A stretch of DNA of 64,000 nucleotides, from assembly GCA_964474445.1 (NCBI GenBank), contig CAYYSJ010000001.1, forward strand, positions 142,530-206,529, given 5' to 3'. Below are positions 9,853-20,211 of the stretch, in pieces. Under the pieces are notes generated by a model. The model saw only the letters and a list, made by a program, of their open reading frames with translations. It was not told the origin of the DNA and did not search any database. The translations under genes were made by a program, and so were the position numbers. Each line of letters starts with the position of its first letter. Within the stretch, counting starts at the first letter, position 1. The stretch is from an uncultured Gammaproteobacteria bacterium. GTDB lineage: Bacteria; Patescibacteriota; Microgenomatia; Levybacterales; UBA12049.

Positions 9853-10835
9853 GTAAACAACGTATTGTGTGTATTGGAGGCGGAACAGGGACATTTGTCA
9901 CCTTAAGTGGCTTAAAAGCCTATACCCCTAATTTGAGCGCGATTGTTACGATGAGTGATAGCGGAGGAAGCAATAAGCGTATTCGAGATGAATTTGGTCT
10001 TCTTCCCACGTCTGATATCCGTCAATGTCTTATCGCTCTTTCAGCAGAAAAAGGCCCCACAGGTCTTTTACGACAGCTTTTTATGTATCGTTTCGAGAAA
10101 GGAACTGGGATTAAAGGGATGACGTTTGGAAACCTGTTTATGGCTGCACTATCTGACATTCTCGGCTCTCAAGAAGAAGCAATCAAGCAGACAGGAAAAG
10201 TACTTCGTATTCTTGGAAAAGTCATTCCTGTTTCGTTTACTGATACCAATCTTTATGCAACCTACGAAAATGGTCAGGTTGTCAGTGAAGAACATTTGAT
10301 AGACGAACCTACTCATGATGGGACACTCCGTATCACTCACATCGAATTAAAACCAGAAGCACAGGCAAATCCACAAGCATTAGACGTGATAAAAAAGGCT
10401 GACCTGATTGTCCTTGGTCCGGGTGATCTGTACACAAGCCTTCTTCCTAACTTACTCGTAGAAAACATTTCAGAAGCTATTCGAAAGTCAAAAGCAAAAA
10501 AGGTATATGTGATGAATTTAATGACAAAATATGGACAAACATATAACGTGACTGGTACTGGACATATTCAGGTGCTTGAAAAATTTATTGGGAAAAGTAT
10601 TGACTACGTTTTGGTGAACTCCTCACCATACCTAGAAAAGATTATGCAAAAATATGAAGCAATGAAAGAATTTCCTGTTGTTGATGATTTGCCGAAAAAA
10701 GCGTATTATAAAGTCATTAGAAAACCAATTGTTGCAAATAGCGTGGTGAAAAAGTCTTCATCAGATACTTTGGTCAGAAGCCTTATTCGACATGATAGCG
10801 ATAAATTGGCCTATCAGCTTATACAATTACTATGA
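9849..10835 (+). CDS. yvcK: YvcK/CofD-like gluconeogenesis factor (UDP-GlcNAc-binding)
   Basis: IGGGTG, DSGGS, GNLFMAAL, IVLGPGDLYTSLLPNL, RHDSDKL; ATGA overlap with upstream gene. Confidence 0.9.
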   Translation: MSKQRIVCIGGGTGTFVTLSGLKAYTPNLSAIVTMSDSGGSNKRIRDEFGLLPTSDIRQCLIALSAEKGPTGLLRQLFMYRFEKGTGIKGMTFGNLFMAALSDILGSQEEAIKQTGKVLRILGKVIPVSFTDTNLYATYENGQVVSEEHLIDEPTHDGTLRITHIELKPEAQANPQALDVIKKADLIVLGPGDLYTSLLPNLLVENISEAIRKSKAKKVYVMNLMTKYGQTYNVTGTGHIQVLEKFIGKSIDYVLVNSSPYLEKIMQKYEAMKEFPVVDDLPKKAYYKVIRKPIVANSVVKKSSSDTLVRSLIRHDSDKLAYQLIQLL

Positions 10836-11044
10836 TTCTTTTATTTTTTCAACTTATTATTGCAATATTCCTTATTGTTGCAATTGTTTTACAGATGCAA
10901 GGAAGTGGCCTTTCAACAGCATTTGGAGGGTCAGGAGAGTTTTATCGAAGTAAAAGAAGCCTTGAGAGATTTCTTTTTACAGGCACCATAGTACTGTCTG
11001 CTCTTTTTGCTACAATTTCCATAATCCTACTGATTCAAAAATAA
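10832..11044 (+). CDS. secG: Preprotein translocase subunit SecG
   Basis: LQ..GSGLSTAFGG between two TM helices. Confidence 0.9.
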   Translation: MILLFFQLIIAIFLIVAIVLQMQGSGLSTAFGGSGEFYRSKRSLERFLFTGTIVLSALFATISIILLIQK

Positions 11045-11049
11045 CTGTT

Positions 11050-12405
11050 ATGATTGTTATCAAACGCCGCCTGATATTCTGGCTTTTGCGCGCTTACTTA
11101 AAGAAATGGGGAAAATATATTATTGTTTCTTTCCTTGTTGGTCTTGCCGGATTTTTTATTCTGAAATCTTCATTCCCCTATATCATTGCTGCATTTACAG
11201 GTGTGAGTAAAGAAACAGTTGGTGTTGTCGGTGCCTACAATCTTGAAGACTTGCCTCCTTCAATTATTCATGAAGTATCAAAGGGACTCACGCAAATTGA
11301 TGCAGATGGAACAGTTAAGCCTGATTTAGCAACGTCTTGGGAGGTACAAGATAATGGAAAAGTCTATGTTTTCCATTTAAAAAAAGGACTTACCTTTAGT
11401 GATGGTACTCCTTTTACCTCAAAAGAAATTACAACATCATTTGCAAATGTGAATGTTGAGAGACCTACTGCTGACACGATTATTTATAAATTGCAAGACA
11501 GCTATGCTCCTTTTTTAGTTACCGTCTCCCGTCCAATTTTTAATAATGGATATGTTGGCATTGGTGCGTATAAAATAAAACAAGCTAAACTCAACGGAAA
11601 CTTTTTGGAAAGTCTTACACTAGCAAGCTCAACGCAAGTTCCTGCTCTTCGTATTTATCAATTTTACCCAACGCAGGATGCTTTGAAGGTCGCCTATGCA
11701 CTTGGAGAAATAACCCGTGCACAAAACCTTTCTGATATTACATTTCAAGACAGTAGCTTTACAAAATTTGTTCATACAACGATAGTTAAAAATACGAATT
11801 ATTCACAATTGGTAACAATTTTTTACAATACACAGGATAAAAATCTTTCTGACAAGAAACTTCGAGATGCGCTTTCTTATGCATTGCCAAACCAATTTAC
11901 GGATGGAGAAAGAGCTTACTCTCCAATACCCCCAACTCAGTGGGCCTTTAATGCAGAAATTCAAAGACCACAAGATGTAACGCATGCAAAGCTGTTACTT
12001 GAAGCATCACTCGGGAAAGACATAGAGAATTTTCCGCCAATTATTATTAGTACCATGCCAAAATATGAACAGACAGCAAAGGATATTCAAGCTGCATGGA
12101 AACAGGTGGGTATTTCATCAAAAATTGACATTGTCGATGGTTTACCTCAAGTATTTCAGGTCTATCTTGGTAATTTCAATGTACCAAAAGATCCAGACCA
12201 ATATACACTTTGGCATTCGTATCAGGGAAATAATATTTCAGGATACAGAAGTTTGCGTATTGATAAACTTTTGGAAGATGGAAGAAAGACATTGGATATG
12301 ACGGAGCGAATAAAAATCTACACAGATTTCCAGAAATACTTGCAGGATGATCAACCAGCCTCATTCCTTTATTTCCCGTATAATTACACACTGACAAGAA
12401 GCTGA
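11050..12405 (+). CDS. ABC transporter substrate-binding protein, family 5
   Basis: PDLATSWEV...YVFHLKKGLTFSDGTPFT, LRDALSYA, DPDQYTLWHS. Confidence 0.88.
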   Translation: MIVIKRRLIFWLLRAYLKKWGKYIIVSFLVGLAGFFILKSSFPYIIAAFTGVSKETVGVVGAYNLEDLPPSIIHEVSKGLTQIDADGTVKPDLATSWEVQDNGKVYVFHLKKGLTFSDGTPFTSKEITTSFANVNVERPTADTIIYKLQDSYAPFLVTVSRPIFNNGYVGIGAYKIKQAKLNGNFLESLTLASSTQVPALRIYQFYPTQDALKVAYALGEITRAQNLSDITFQDSSFTKFVHTTIVKNTNYSQLVTIFYNTQDKNLSDKKLRDALSYALPNQFTDGERAYSPIPPTQWAFNAEIQRPQDVTHAKLLLEASLGKDIENFPPIIISTMPKYEQTAKDIQAAWKQVGISSKIDIVDGLPQVFQVYLGNFNVPKDPDQYTLWHSYQGNNISGYRSLRIDKLLEDGRKTLDMTERIKIYTDFQKYLQDDQPASFLYFPYNYTLTRS

Positions 12406-12412
12406 TCTACGC

Positions 12413-13693
12413 TTACATGAAACTATTTTTACTACGTACCTTTCTATGAAAGGTTATCGCAAATCGATGGGCTTCATCCCGAATTCTCATCATCAGCTGC
12501 AATGCTGGAGCATGTTTAGATAAATGAATTTCTTGCATGTCTGATGTGATAATGGTTTCGTATCGTTTCGCAAGTCCGACAAGAGGAATTGTTACTCCCC
12601 TTTTTTGTAAAACTTCCAGAGCTGAAGAGATTTGTCCCTTTCCCCCATCAACAATAAATAGTTGTGGGTATGGCCATTCTGGATGATTAAGCCGTCTTTC
12701 AAAAACTTCCTGCATGGTTGCAAAATCGTTTGGTCCTTTGATCTGTTTTACTTTAAATTTCCTATACTGGGATTTATCAATCTCTCCATTTGTAAGAACA
12801 ACCATAGAAGACGTGGGACTGCTTCCTTGGAAGTTTGAGTTATCGTAACATTCAATTCTTTCTGGAATATCGATTACCACACCATATCCTTTTAAAATAG
12901 TTTGTAAGTCTTCTAACTCTTTTTGCCTTAAGTCTGAGCGAAGATGCGGATTTGTTTGATATTCAAACGGTTGGTGGAAGGGGGTTGTCACAAAATGAAT
13001 TGCCTCTATTTGTTTTTGTACCTTTGCTGCTTGTTCAAATGATTCTTTTTGTGCGAGGACGTCTCTTTCTTTTTCCAAGTCTTTCAATACTTTTGCAGTT
13101 TTTCCTTCAAGAAAATCAATAATATGAGAAAGCGTTTTCTTGTAGCTTTTCTTTTCTGCCTCTGTAGTAAACGTTGGTGGACAGGGACACAAGCCTAAGT
13201 GATTATATAAACAGGTGTGTTTAGGGTGATTCAGGACAGATTGGTAAGGAAAAATTTTCCTGATTGACCGCAAAACGAGTCTGACTGCGGATGCACTTGG
13301 AAAAGGACCAAAATAGATGGAATTTTTATCTTCCATTCGTCGTGCTGTGAGAACAGCAGGAAAATCTGCTTTTATTGTCATTCTAATCAGGGGGTATGAT
13401 TTACCATCAGTAAGGCGAATATTGTATTTTGGTGCGTATTTTTTAATAAGAGATGCTTCAAGAAGCAATGACTCAAGTTCTGATTCAACAATGGTAACTT
13501 TGATAAATGCTACTTGCGAAACCAGCACTGCAGTCTTTCCCATAAGACTCTGAGGACTGGAAAAATATGAAGATACTCTATTTTTGAGGTTTTTAGCCTT
13601 TCCCACGTACAGAATTTCCCCTTTTTCATCGAGGAATTGATACACGCCTGGATTTTGAGGCAGTGATAAATAGTGTGAAACCGAGTACTGCAA
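12413..13693 (-). CDS. uvrC: Excinuclease ABC subunit C (no C-terminal HhH)
   Basis: PGVYQF..ILYVGKAKNL, RIECYDNS, IVDGGKGQ, RDEAHRFA. Confidence 0.93.
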   Translation of the reverse strand: MQYSVSHYLSLPQNPGVYQFLDEKGEILYVGKAKNLKNRVSSYFSSPQSLMGKTAVLVSQVAFIKVTIVESELESLLLEASLIKKYAPKYNIRLTDGKSYPLIRMTIKADFPAVLTARRMEDKNSIYFGPFPSASAVRLVLRSIRKIFPYQSVLNHPKHTCLYNHLGLCPCPPTFTTEAEKKSYKKTLSHIIDFLEGKTAKVLKDLEKERDVLAQKESFEQAAKVQKQIEAIHFVTTPFHQPFEYQTNPHLRSDLRQKELEDLQTILKGYGVVIDIPERIECYDNSNFQGSSPTSSMVVLTNGEIDKSQYRKFKVKQIKGPNDFATMQEVFERRLNHPEWPYPQLFIVDGGKGQISSALEVLQKRGVTIPLVGLAKRYETIITSDMQEIHLSKHAPALQLMMRIRDEAHRFAITFHRKVRSKNSFM

Positions 13694-15431
13694 GAATAGC
13701 TCCTCCTATCAGTAATTGCTGGGTGGTAAATGGCATAATAGCAATTTTTTTCGTTATTTCCTGACCAGCAAGGGCTATTGTAATGGCCGTTTGGACATTT
13801 GTCAAAAGGGCTGTTTTATTAAACGTAATGGGAACTGCAACACTCCCAAAAGGAGGAATATCAGAAAAAGAAAGAATTTGATTATGAGGTGTCAGTCCTG
13901 GCGTGAGAACACTTGCTTTTTGACCGGGGAATAAAGAGACACCGGTATTTTTTAAAACGAGTGTTCCACCTATAGGGAATGCAGAAAGAAATTTATCTGA
14001 CATGGTAAGGGATGCTTCAATACTTGGTGTTATATCCTGAGGAAGTGTTCCGAATGCAACATCAATATCACGTTTGTTCTCATCCCCTAGCAATTTATAC
14101 CCCCCTGCAGGGACAGGATAGGTACTGCTTTCACCTTTCAATGTGAATGCAATGTGATCAAAATCAAAGGTATTAAAGTAATCCACTCCTCCTGTTGTAT
14201 TTCCCCAGGTTGGATCAACCATAACCCATTCTTTTTTCGCATCATCATAGTACTCTGGCCATGCATGCAAGACGTCTTTTACAAGAGACAAAGGTCGCTC
14301 TTTTGTATTTTGAGTGTAAGCATACCCATCAATCTCTCTGGCCGGAATTCCTGCTGCACGAGCAAGTGCAACAAACAAATCACTGAATTCTAGACAGACT
14401 GCTGAAGTAGGTTTATCTAAAACAGTTGTTGCTCCAAGTCTGTGTTGATTTTCATTGACTCTAGAAAAATCATATTGTAAATGGTCGACAACATATGCAT
14501 ATATTGCTTCAGGAGTCTGGAGCTGTTTTGCAAGGGTTTTCATTGCTGCACTTTGCTGCCAATATTGCCTCTCTTGTGTGTAAAGAGCGCGTTCTTTATC
14601 AGAAAGCTGTGATTGTTTGGGGTATAAGTTAACAGCAACAGCACCATCTGCCGCAACTTCTACATTTTGTGATGGAGAAAGGACGTATTCAGCAAGCCAA
14701 TTTCCATCTGTATCAACTCTCATATTTGATGGTTTTGGATTAAGTGATGTGACATAAACATCCTGGTAGTTTGTTGATGGAGGAAGAGCTATTTCCGTTT
14801 TGATTGGGAAAAGGTTTTTGTTTTGCAAATGATACAGCAAATGAAATGCATACGTCTGTTTGCTCCCAAAGGCCAAAGAGATCCCTGATTTGCCAAGTTG
14901 GTCTTTTGTAAAGGTGAGTGAGTTATTCGATTGTTGTGGCTTTATGTACGTTGGTGTGCCAAAACTCGGAGGAACCTGCACATTGACAGTAAAATTAGAA
15001 AACTCATTTTGACTGGAGAGTCCTGGTATATTCACTTCCCAGATAGCGCCATTTTTTGTTGCAATGTTTGACGTATCAAACGAAAGGGTAAATGGAACTT
15101 TTGTATTTTGTCCATAAATTGTCGTATTTAATTTCAGCGTTATTTCCTGTCCTGAATCAGTTTTTCGGATCACAGGAATAATTGGTCCTCCGGTATCTGA
15201 TGCCCTGACATTATCAATATTTTCAAAACCTAACTTAAGTGTGTATGAAGAAACATAATAGTTGGGAGTCGTATTAGTAATAACCATCGCTGCTGTTGTA
15301 TGGGTGATACCTGATTCCTGTACCGCATAGGTAACAGTCACATCACTACGAAACTTATCATCAGCAAAAACAGGAGTATGCAAGAATAAACAGAAAAGGA
15401 TAAGAAATAACGCAAAGAAAAGTTTTCTCAT
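13626..15431 (-). CDS. Exported, membrane-anchored transglutaminase-like protein
   Basis: Signal peptide, AVCLEFSDLFVALARAAGIPAR, HAWPEY, VDPTWG triad, C-terminal TM. Confidence 0.88.
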   Translation of the reverse strand: MRKLFFALFLILFCLFLHTPVFADDKFRSDVTVTYAVQESGITHTTAAMVITNTTPNYYVSSYTLKLGFENIDNVRASDTGGPIIPVIRKTDSGQEITLKLNTTIYGQNTKVPFTLSFDTSNIATKNGAIWEVNIPGLSSQNEFSNFTVNVQVPPSFGTPTYIKPQQSNNSLTFTKDQLGKSGISLAFGSKQTYAFHLLYHLQNKNLFPIKTEIALPPSTNYQDVYVTSLNPKPSNMRVDTDGNWLAEYVLSPSQNVEVAADGAVAVNLYPKQSQLSDKERALYTQERQYWQQSAAMKTLAKQLQTPEAIYAYVVDHLQYDFSRVNENQHRLGATTVLDKPTSAVCLEFSDLFVALARAAGIPAREIDGYAYTQNTKERPLSLVKDVLHAWPEYYDDAKKEWVMVDPTWGNTTGGVDYFNTFDFDHIAFTLKGESSTYPVPAGGYKLLGDENKRDIDVAFGTLPQDITPSIEASLTMSDKFLSAFPIGGTLVLKNTGVSLFPGQKASVLTPGLTPHNQILSFSDIPPFGSVAVPITFNKTALLTNVQTAITIALAGQEITKKIAIMPFTTQQLLIGGAILAVLGFTLFITASKSRRVSIPR

Positions 15432-15470
15432 GTAGTGGCTATGACCATTATAAAAGGTATAAGACGTATA

Positions 15471-18362
15471 TTACAGTACCTTTTTGAGGAATTGTCCGGT
15501 ATATGAGGTAGGATGGGCGGCAATTTGGTTTGGTGTACCTTTTGCAATAATCTCCCCTCCCCGCTCTCCACCATCCGGACCAAGATCGATAATATAATCT
15601 GCATTTTTAATAACATCTAAATTATGCTCAATCACAATCACACTGTTCCCATTGTCAACAAGACGTCGAAGTATTAAGAGTAGTTTTTCAAGATCAGCAA
15701 AATGCAAACCTGTTGTTGGTTCATCAAGTAAATACAGTGCATCCTTGCCTCTTTTTGATAATTCTGTTGCTAATTTTACTCGTTGTGCTTCTCCACCTGA
15801 AAGTGTTGGTGCAGGTTGTCCTAATTTGACATAAGAGAGTCCTACGTCAACAAGTGTTTGTAATTTGTACGAAAGTGCTGGATGGAAAGAGAAAAACTCT
15901 GCTGCTTCTCCTATACTCATTTGTAATACTTGAGAAATATTTTTCCCATTGAACGCTATCTCCAGTGCTTCTGCATTATATTGTGTTCCTCTGCAGACTT
16001 CACAAGGAACATAGACATCCGGCAGAAATTGCATTTCAATTTTTATCTGACCTTCTCCTTGGCATGCTTCACACCTTCCACCTCGTACATTAAAAGAAAA
16101 TCGTCCTGGACCATATCCTCGAAGTTTAGCTTCTTTTGTTGTTGCAAAAATATCACGGATGTAATTAAAAGCTCCTGTATAGGTTGCAGGGTTACTGCGA
16201 GGAGTACGACCAATGGGTGACTGGTCGATAAAGAAGACATGACGGATATGTTCTGCTCCTGTTATTTTTTCATGCTTACCTGGTTTCTCTCTAGTATACG
16301 GATTGTCTTCCTGCATGAGTGCTCTGTAGAGAATGTCATTCACGAGTGTTGATTTGCCACTTCCAGAAGCACCAGTTACAACAACAAACTTTTGCAGAGG
16401 AAATTCAACAGTCAAATTTTTTAAATTGTGCTCTGATGCATTTACGACAGTAACTGCTTTGGGTTCGTGATCATGCTTTTCCTGCTCTACTTTTACCACA
16501 TGAATTTTTTTCTTCCCTGATAAATATTGTCCCGTTAAAGAATTACTGTCTTTTTTGAGTTCTTCTGGTGTTCCAAAAGCAGTAACTGTTCCGCCAAAGA
16601 CACCTGCAGCAGGTCCAAAATCAAAAATATAATCAGACTCGTGCATGGTCTCTTCATCATGTTCAACGACAAGAACTGTATTCCCGAGATCTCGAAGCTT
16701 TTTGAGTGTTTTGATAAGCTTTTCATTGTCTTTTGGATGTAGTCCAATGGAGGGCTCGTCTAAAACATATAAGACGCCTGTCAAACCGCTCCCAATTTGA
16801 CTTGCAAGACGAATTCTTTGTGCTTCTCCTCCAGAAAGTGTCTGAGCACCACGAGAAAGTGAAAGATAATCAAGCCCCACATCAATAAGGAATGTTAGTC
16901 TATCTTTAATTTCCTTAAGAATAACTTTTCCAATTTGTCCTTCCCTCTCATTCAAAATATCTGTGAGACTTTCCATAAATTCATAGGCATGGGAAATAGC
17001 CATATCAGAAACATCCATGATAGAAAGACCATCAACTGTTACTGATAGTGCTTCTTTTTTCAGACGGGAGCCTCCACAATCGCTGCACACTTCATATCGC
17101 ATGAATTTCTCAAGCTGTGCTTTCATAAAGAGTGATTCTGTTGAAGTATATCGACGTTTTACTTCCTGAATGACTCCAATAAAGCTTTCAAAAATTGTTG
17201 TACGCCTTCCCCATCGATTTTCCCCTTCTACTTCATATTCCTTATCTCCTGTTCCATTCAGAAGCAATTCTTTTTGTTCAGAAGATAATTCGGAAAGCTT
17301 TTTATTGAGTGGAATACCATTTTCTTCACAAAAGGTTTTTAATGTCCTACTAAACCAGCTGTCATGAGTAAGTGTTGCAGAAAAAGGCATCAGCCCTCCT
17401 TCATTAATGGAAAGGTTGTTATTAAAGATAAGCTCTGGATCGACAGTAAGAACTGTTCCAAGGCCATTACACGTCTCACATGCACCGTGTGGGGTATTGA
17501 ATGAGAAGATACGAGGTTCTATCTCAGGAAGGGAAATATTATCAACTGGACAGGCAAATTTTTCGGAAAATAACTCATCTTCCATTTCTTTTGGAAAGTC
17601 AGGCATACTAAAGCCTGAATCTTTCACGATTGCTAAAATAAGTTCGCTATTGCCTAGCTTCAGAGCTTGTTCAACATCATTAGCCAATCGGAGTCTATCT
17701 GTCTCTTTTGAAAGAACCAACGCATCTATAATAACTTCAATAGTATGCTTGTTATTTTTGAGTAGTACTAATTTTTCATCAAGACTATATACCTTTCCAT
17801 CAAGTCGCACCTTTCTGTATCCTCGCTTCTTCAGGTCTGTAAATAACTCTGTATATTCTCCTTTTCTATCCTTCACAACAGGGGCTAAGATAAGTGCTCG
17901 AGTTGCCGCTTTCCCAACTTGTCTTTCAATACCAACCTTAAGGACCGCATCCGTTATTTGCTCTTTACTCATATGAGAGATTTCCCTTCCACAAATTGGA
18001 CAATGAGGATGGCCAACTCGTGCAAAAAGAAGTCTTAGGTAATCATAAATTTCTGTAACAGTACCAACAGTAGACCTAGGGTTGTGTGATGCACCTTTTT
18101 GGTCAATGGAGATTGCTGGAGATAAACCTTCGATAATATCCACGTCAGGCTTTTTCATGATGCCTAAAAATTGACGAGCATAGGATGAAAGACTTTCGAC
18201 ATATCGACGCTGTCCTTCAGCGTAAATGGTGTCAAAAGCAAGAGAGGATTTCCCACTACCCGAAAGTCCGGTAAAAACAACCAGCCTGTTTTTTGGGATT
18301 TGCACATCTATATTTTTTAAATTATGTTCGCGTGCACCTTTTATGGTAATAACATCTGACAT
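15471..18362 (-). CDS. uvrA: Excinuclease ABC subunit A
   Basis: Two ABC modules ([26 protein letters not shown] twice) and Zn fingers. Confidence 0.98.
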   Translation of the reverse strand: MSDVITIKGAREHNLKNIDVQIPKNRLVVFTGLSGSGKSSLAFDTIYAEGQRRYVESLSSYARQFLGIMKKPDVDIIEGLSPAISIDQKGASHNPRSTVGTVTEIYDYLRLLFARVGHPHCPICGREISHMSKEQITDAVLKVGIERQVGKAATRALILAPVVKDRKGEYTELFTDLKKRGYRKVRLDGKVYSLDEKLVLLKNNKHTIEVIIDALVLSKETDRLRLANDVEQALKLGNSELILAIVKDSGFSMPDFPKEMEDELFSEKFACPVDNISLPEIEPRIFSFNTPHGACETCNGLGTVLTVDPELIFNNNLSINEGGLMPFSATLTHDSWFSRTLKTFCEENGIPLNKKLSELSSEQKELLLNGTGDKEYEVEGENRWGRRTTIFESFIGVIQEVKRRYTSTESLFMKAQLEKFMRYEVCSDCGGSRLKKEALSVTVDGLSIMDVSDMAISHAYEFMESLTDILNEREGQIGKVILKEIKDRLTFLIDVGLDYLSLSRGAQTLSGGEAQRIRLASQIGSGLTGVLYVLDEPSIGLHPKDNEKLIKTLKKLRDLGNTVLVVEHDEETMHESDYIFDFGPAAGVFGGTVTAFGTPEELKKDSNSLTGQYLSGKKKIHVVKVEQEKHDHEPKAVTVVNASEHNLKNLTVEFPLQKFVVVTGASGSGKSTLVNDILYRALMQEDNPYTREKPGKHEKITGAEHIRHVFFIDQSPIGRTPRSNPATYTGAFNYIRDIFATTKEAKLRGYGPGRFSFNVRGGRCEACQGEGQIKIEMQFLPDVYVPCEVCRGTQYNAEALEIAFNGKNISQVLQMSIGEAAEFFSFHPALSYKLQTLVDVGLSYVKLGQPAPTLSGGEAQRVKLATELSKRGKDALYLLDEPTTGLHFADLEKLLLILRRLVDNGNSVIVIEHNLDVIKNADYIIDLGPDGGERGGEIIAKGTPNQIAAHPTSYTGQFLKKVL

Positions 18363-18377
18363 ATGTTTGTTTCTTTC

Positions 18378-18414
18378 GTCATTGCAAGGTCACATAATTG
18401 ACCGAAGCAATCTC
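18378..18414. repeat. REP/RPE-like palindrome GTCATTGC...GCAATCTC
   Basis: ATTGC-aa-GGTCA-cataat-TGACC-gaa-GCAAT hairpin; single copy in this window. Confidence 0.55.
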
Positions 18415-18468
18415 ATTGAATCTTTCATTATCTTGCTATGAATAACAATGGAAATTGGGTGAAGTAAT

Positions 18469-18497
18469 AGTGTACCAGAGATTTGAGGCTAATACAA
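18469..18497 (-). promoter_or_regulatory. Candidate uvrA promoter
   Basis: TTGTAT-17 nt-TACACT on the minus strand. Confidence 0.4.
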
Positions 18498-18646
18498 TCC
18501 TTTAGGACGACTCATTCTCAGGAATTCTACTCACCAAACTATCATTATAACTATTGCTACAACATACTGTGTACAGAAAATTGTAATAGTTTGATATAGT
18601 ATCCACCTTTACAAGATAAGAAAAAGTGCTACTCTATGCTTATAGT

Positions 18647-19429
18647 ATGGGGAGAGTACACGAACATGCAAAATCAGTTTCAACAATTGCAGGTGCTGTA
18701 AGATCCACAGTTGCAGGGCATACAGAGGAAACTAGGAAACAACGTGAAGCAGACTGGGCTTCACTCTCAAGTGAAGATAGAGCGAGAGAGCGCCAATTCC
18801 ATCTTGCACATACTCCATTAATGGAAAGATTACACGAAAGAGTTTTGAACCCTCTTTATTGGGTAGGTTTTACGTTCTCTCAGGTAAGACCATTAAGAAA
18901 CATGATACTGCAAGGAAATGCAAATGAACGGTTATATAATGCCGCTACACAGACTAGTGAAAAGCCAAGTCTGTTATCCAGAATTAAGAGAGATTTACCT
19001 TTTATGGCAGAATATAGAATGGTAGATGCGTTATTAGGAGGAGCTTTATATCCAGAAATAAAACTTCCTCCTATCTCCTATTATCAGGAGAGACGCTACC
19101 GCTCGGGTGATTTTACTGGGAGAATTCATGTGGATGGAAGAAGAAGAGCAGTTGGAGACCTTATTGCTGCCCTCCCTGGTATTTCTGTTGGGGTAGGAGA
19201 AAAAATATCAAAATGGTTATTTGATACATCAGTTACTCAAGCTTCTGAAAAGTGGTTAGCAAAACATAAGCCAGAGGCATATGTGAGAAGACAAGTAGGA
19301 CTAGAGCAGGCAGAAAATGAAATTAGGAAGTGGAATGCAATCATACAGCAAGAAAGAATTGACAATAGACTTCTGAGAAGAGTTGGGGGAAGACTAGTTG
19401 GTCGGCAAGCACCAAATAGACGTGCATAA
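18647..19429 (+). CDS. Hypothetical protein, Arg-rich C-terminus
   Basis: Long ORF; ATG 6 nt after TATGCT. Confidence 0.65.
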   Translation: MGRVHEHAKSVSTIAGAVRSTVAGHTEETRKQREADWASLSSEDRARERQFHLAHTPLMERLHERVLNPLYWVGFTFSQVRPLRNMILQGNANERLYNAATQTSEKPSLLSRIKRDLPFMAEYRMVDALLGGALYPEIKLPPISYYQERRYRSGDFTGRIHVDGRRRAVGDLIAALPGISVGVGEKISKWLFDTSVTQASEKWLAKHKPEAYVRRQVGLEQAENEIRKWNAIIQQERIDNRLLRRVGGRLVGRQAPNRRA

Positions 19430-19484
19430 GCAAATACTTTTAGATTATTTTTTACTCAAAACGTATACTACAAAGAGAAGTAGG

Positions 19485-19976
19485 TTATTGGGGTCTCTGT
19501 AGACTATTTTTTAACCCACGTGCTCTTCTTCTAAACCATCTGTGAGTTTCTCCTGCTGATTTCACTCCTGCTACTCCATGCCCTAAAGCTTCGTCTACCT
19601 TTTCAATGCCATGTGTAAAAGCTTTCCAAGATCTTCTTACTGCATTAACTTGAGTAACACTCTCAGATAAAAGTCCCGCTGCTACATCCACAGCTGCACT
19701 CGTAAGGCCAGGAGTATGAAGAAAATGTTCAGCTGTAATGAGTCCAGCTTCTAATAAAGCGGTAACAACTACACCTTTTGTTTGTTCTTTAAAGAATACA
19801 GTTGGTACGCTGACGATTGTTTTCTCTGCTTGGAATCCAGCACCAATGGCATGTGTAACATGATCGATCGTTTTAGCTGGATGACCAGCTTCTTTATCAA
19901 CATGTTTACCTCTTCCGAAGCCAAATCTTGTTAAATGTCCATGTGCTTCTCCCAATTGTTCTTTTGCTTTTGGCAT
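19485..19976 (-). CDS. Hypothetical protein (His/Gly/Ala-rich, Arg-rich C-terminus)
   Basis: 163-aa ORF preceded by TTGACA-17 nt-TATAGT. Confidence 0.65.
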   Translation of the reverse strand: MPKAKEQLGEAHGHLTRFGFGRGKHVDKEAGHPAKTIDHVTHAIGAGFQAEKTIVSVPTVFFKEQTKGVVVTALLEAGLITAEHFLHTPGLTSAAVDVAAGLLSESVTQVNAVRRSWKAFTHGIEKVDEALGHGVAGVKSAGETHRWFRRRARGLKNSLQRPQ

Positions 19977-20211
19977 ATTATTATGTTAACTATAGTACTT
20001 ATATGTTTTCTTGTCAATAACCATTTTTTATGTATTTTACATAAAACTATATCATTCTATTTAAATTCGATATAGCAAGTAATGCATAACTATTATGGAA
20101 TATCAAGATTTATGTTTTTATAAAATTTTTAAGGTGTATTATCTTAAATTATTATGAGGACATAAGACAATACTAATTGAATTTTTTAACGATTTATGCT
20201 ATAAGCTCATT

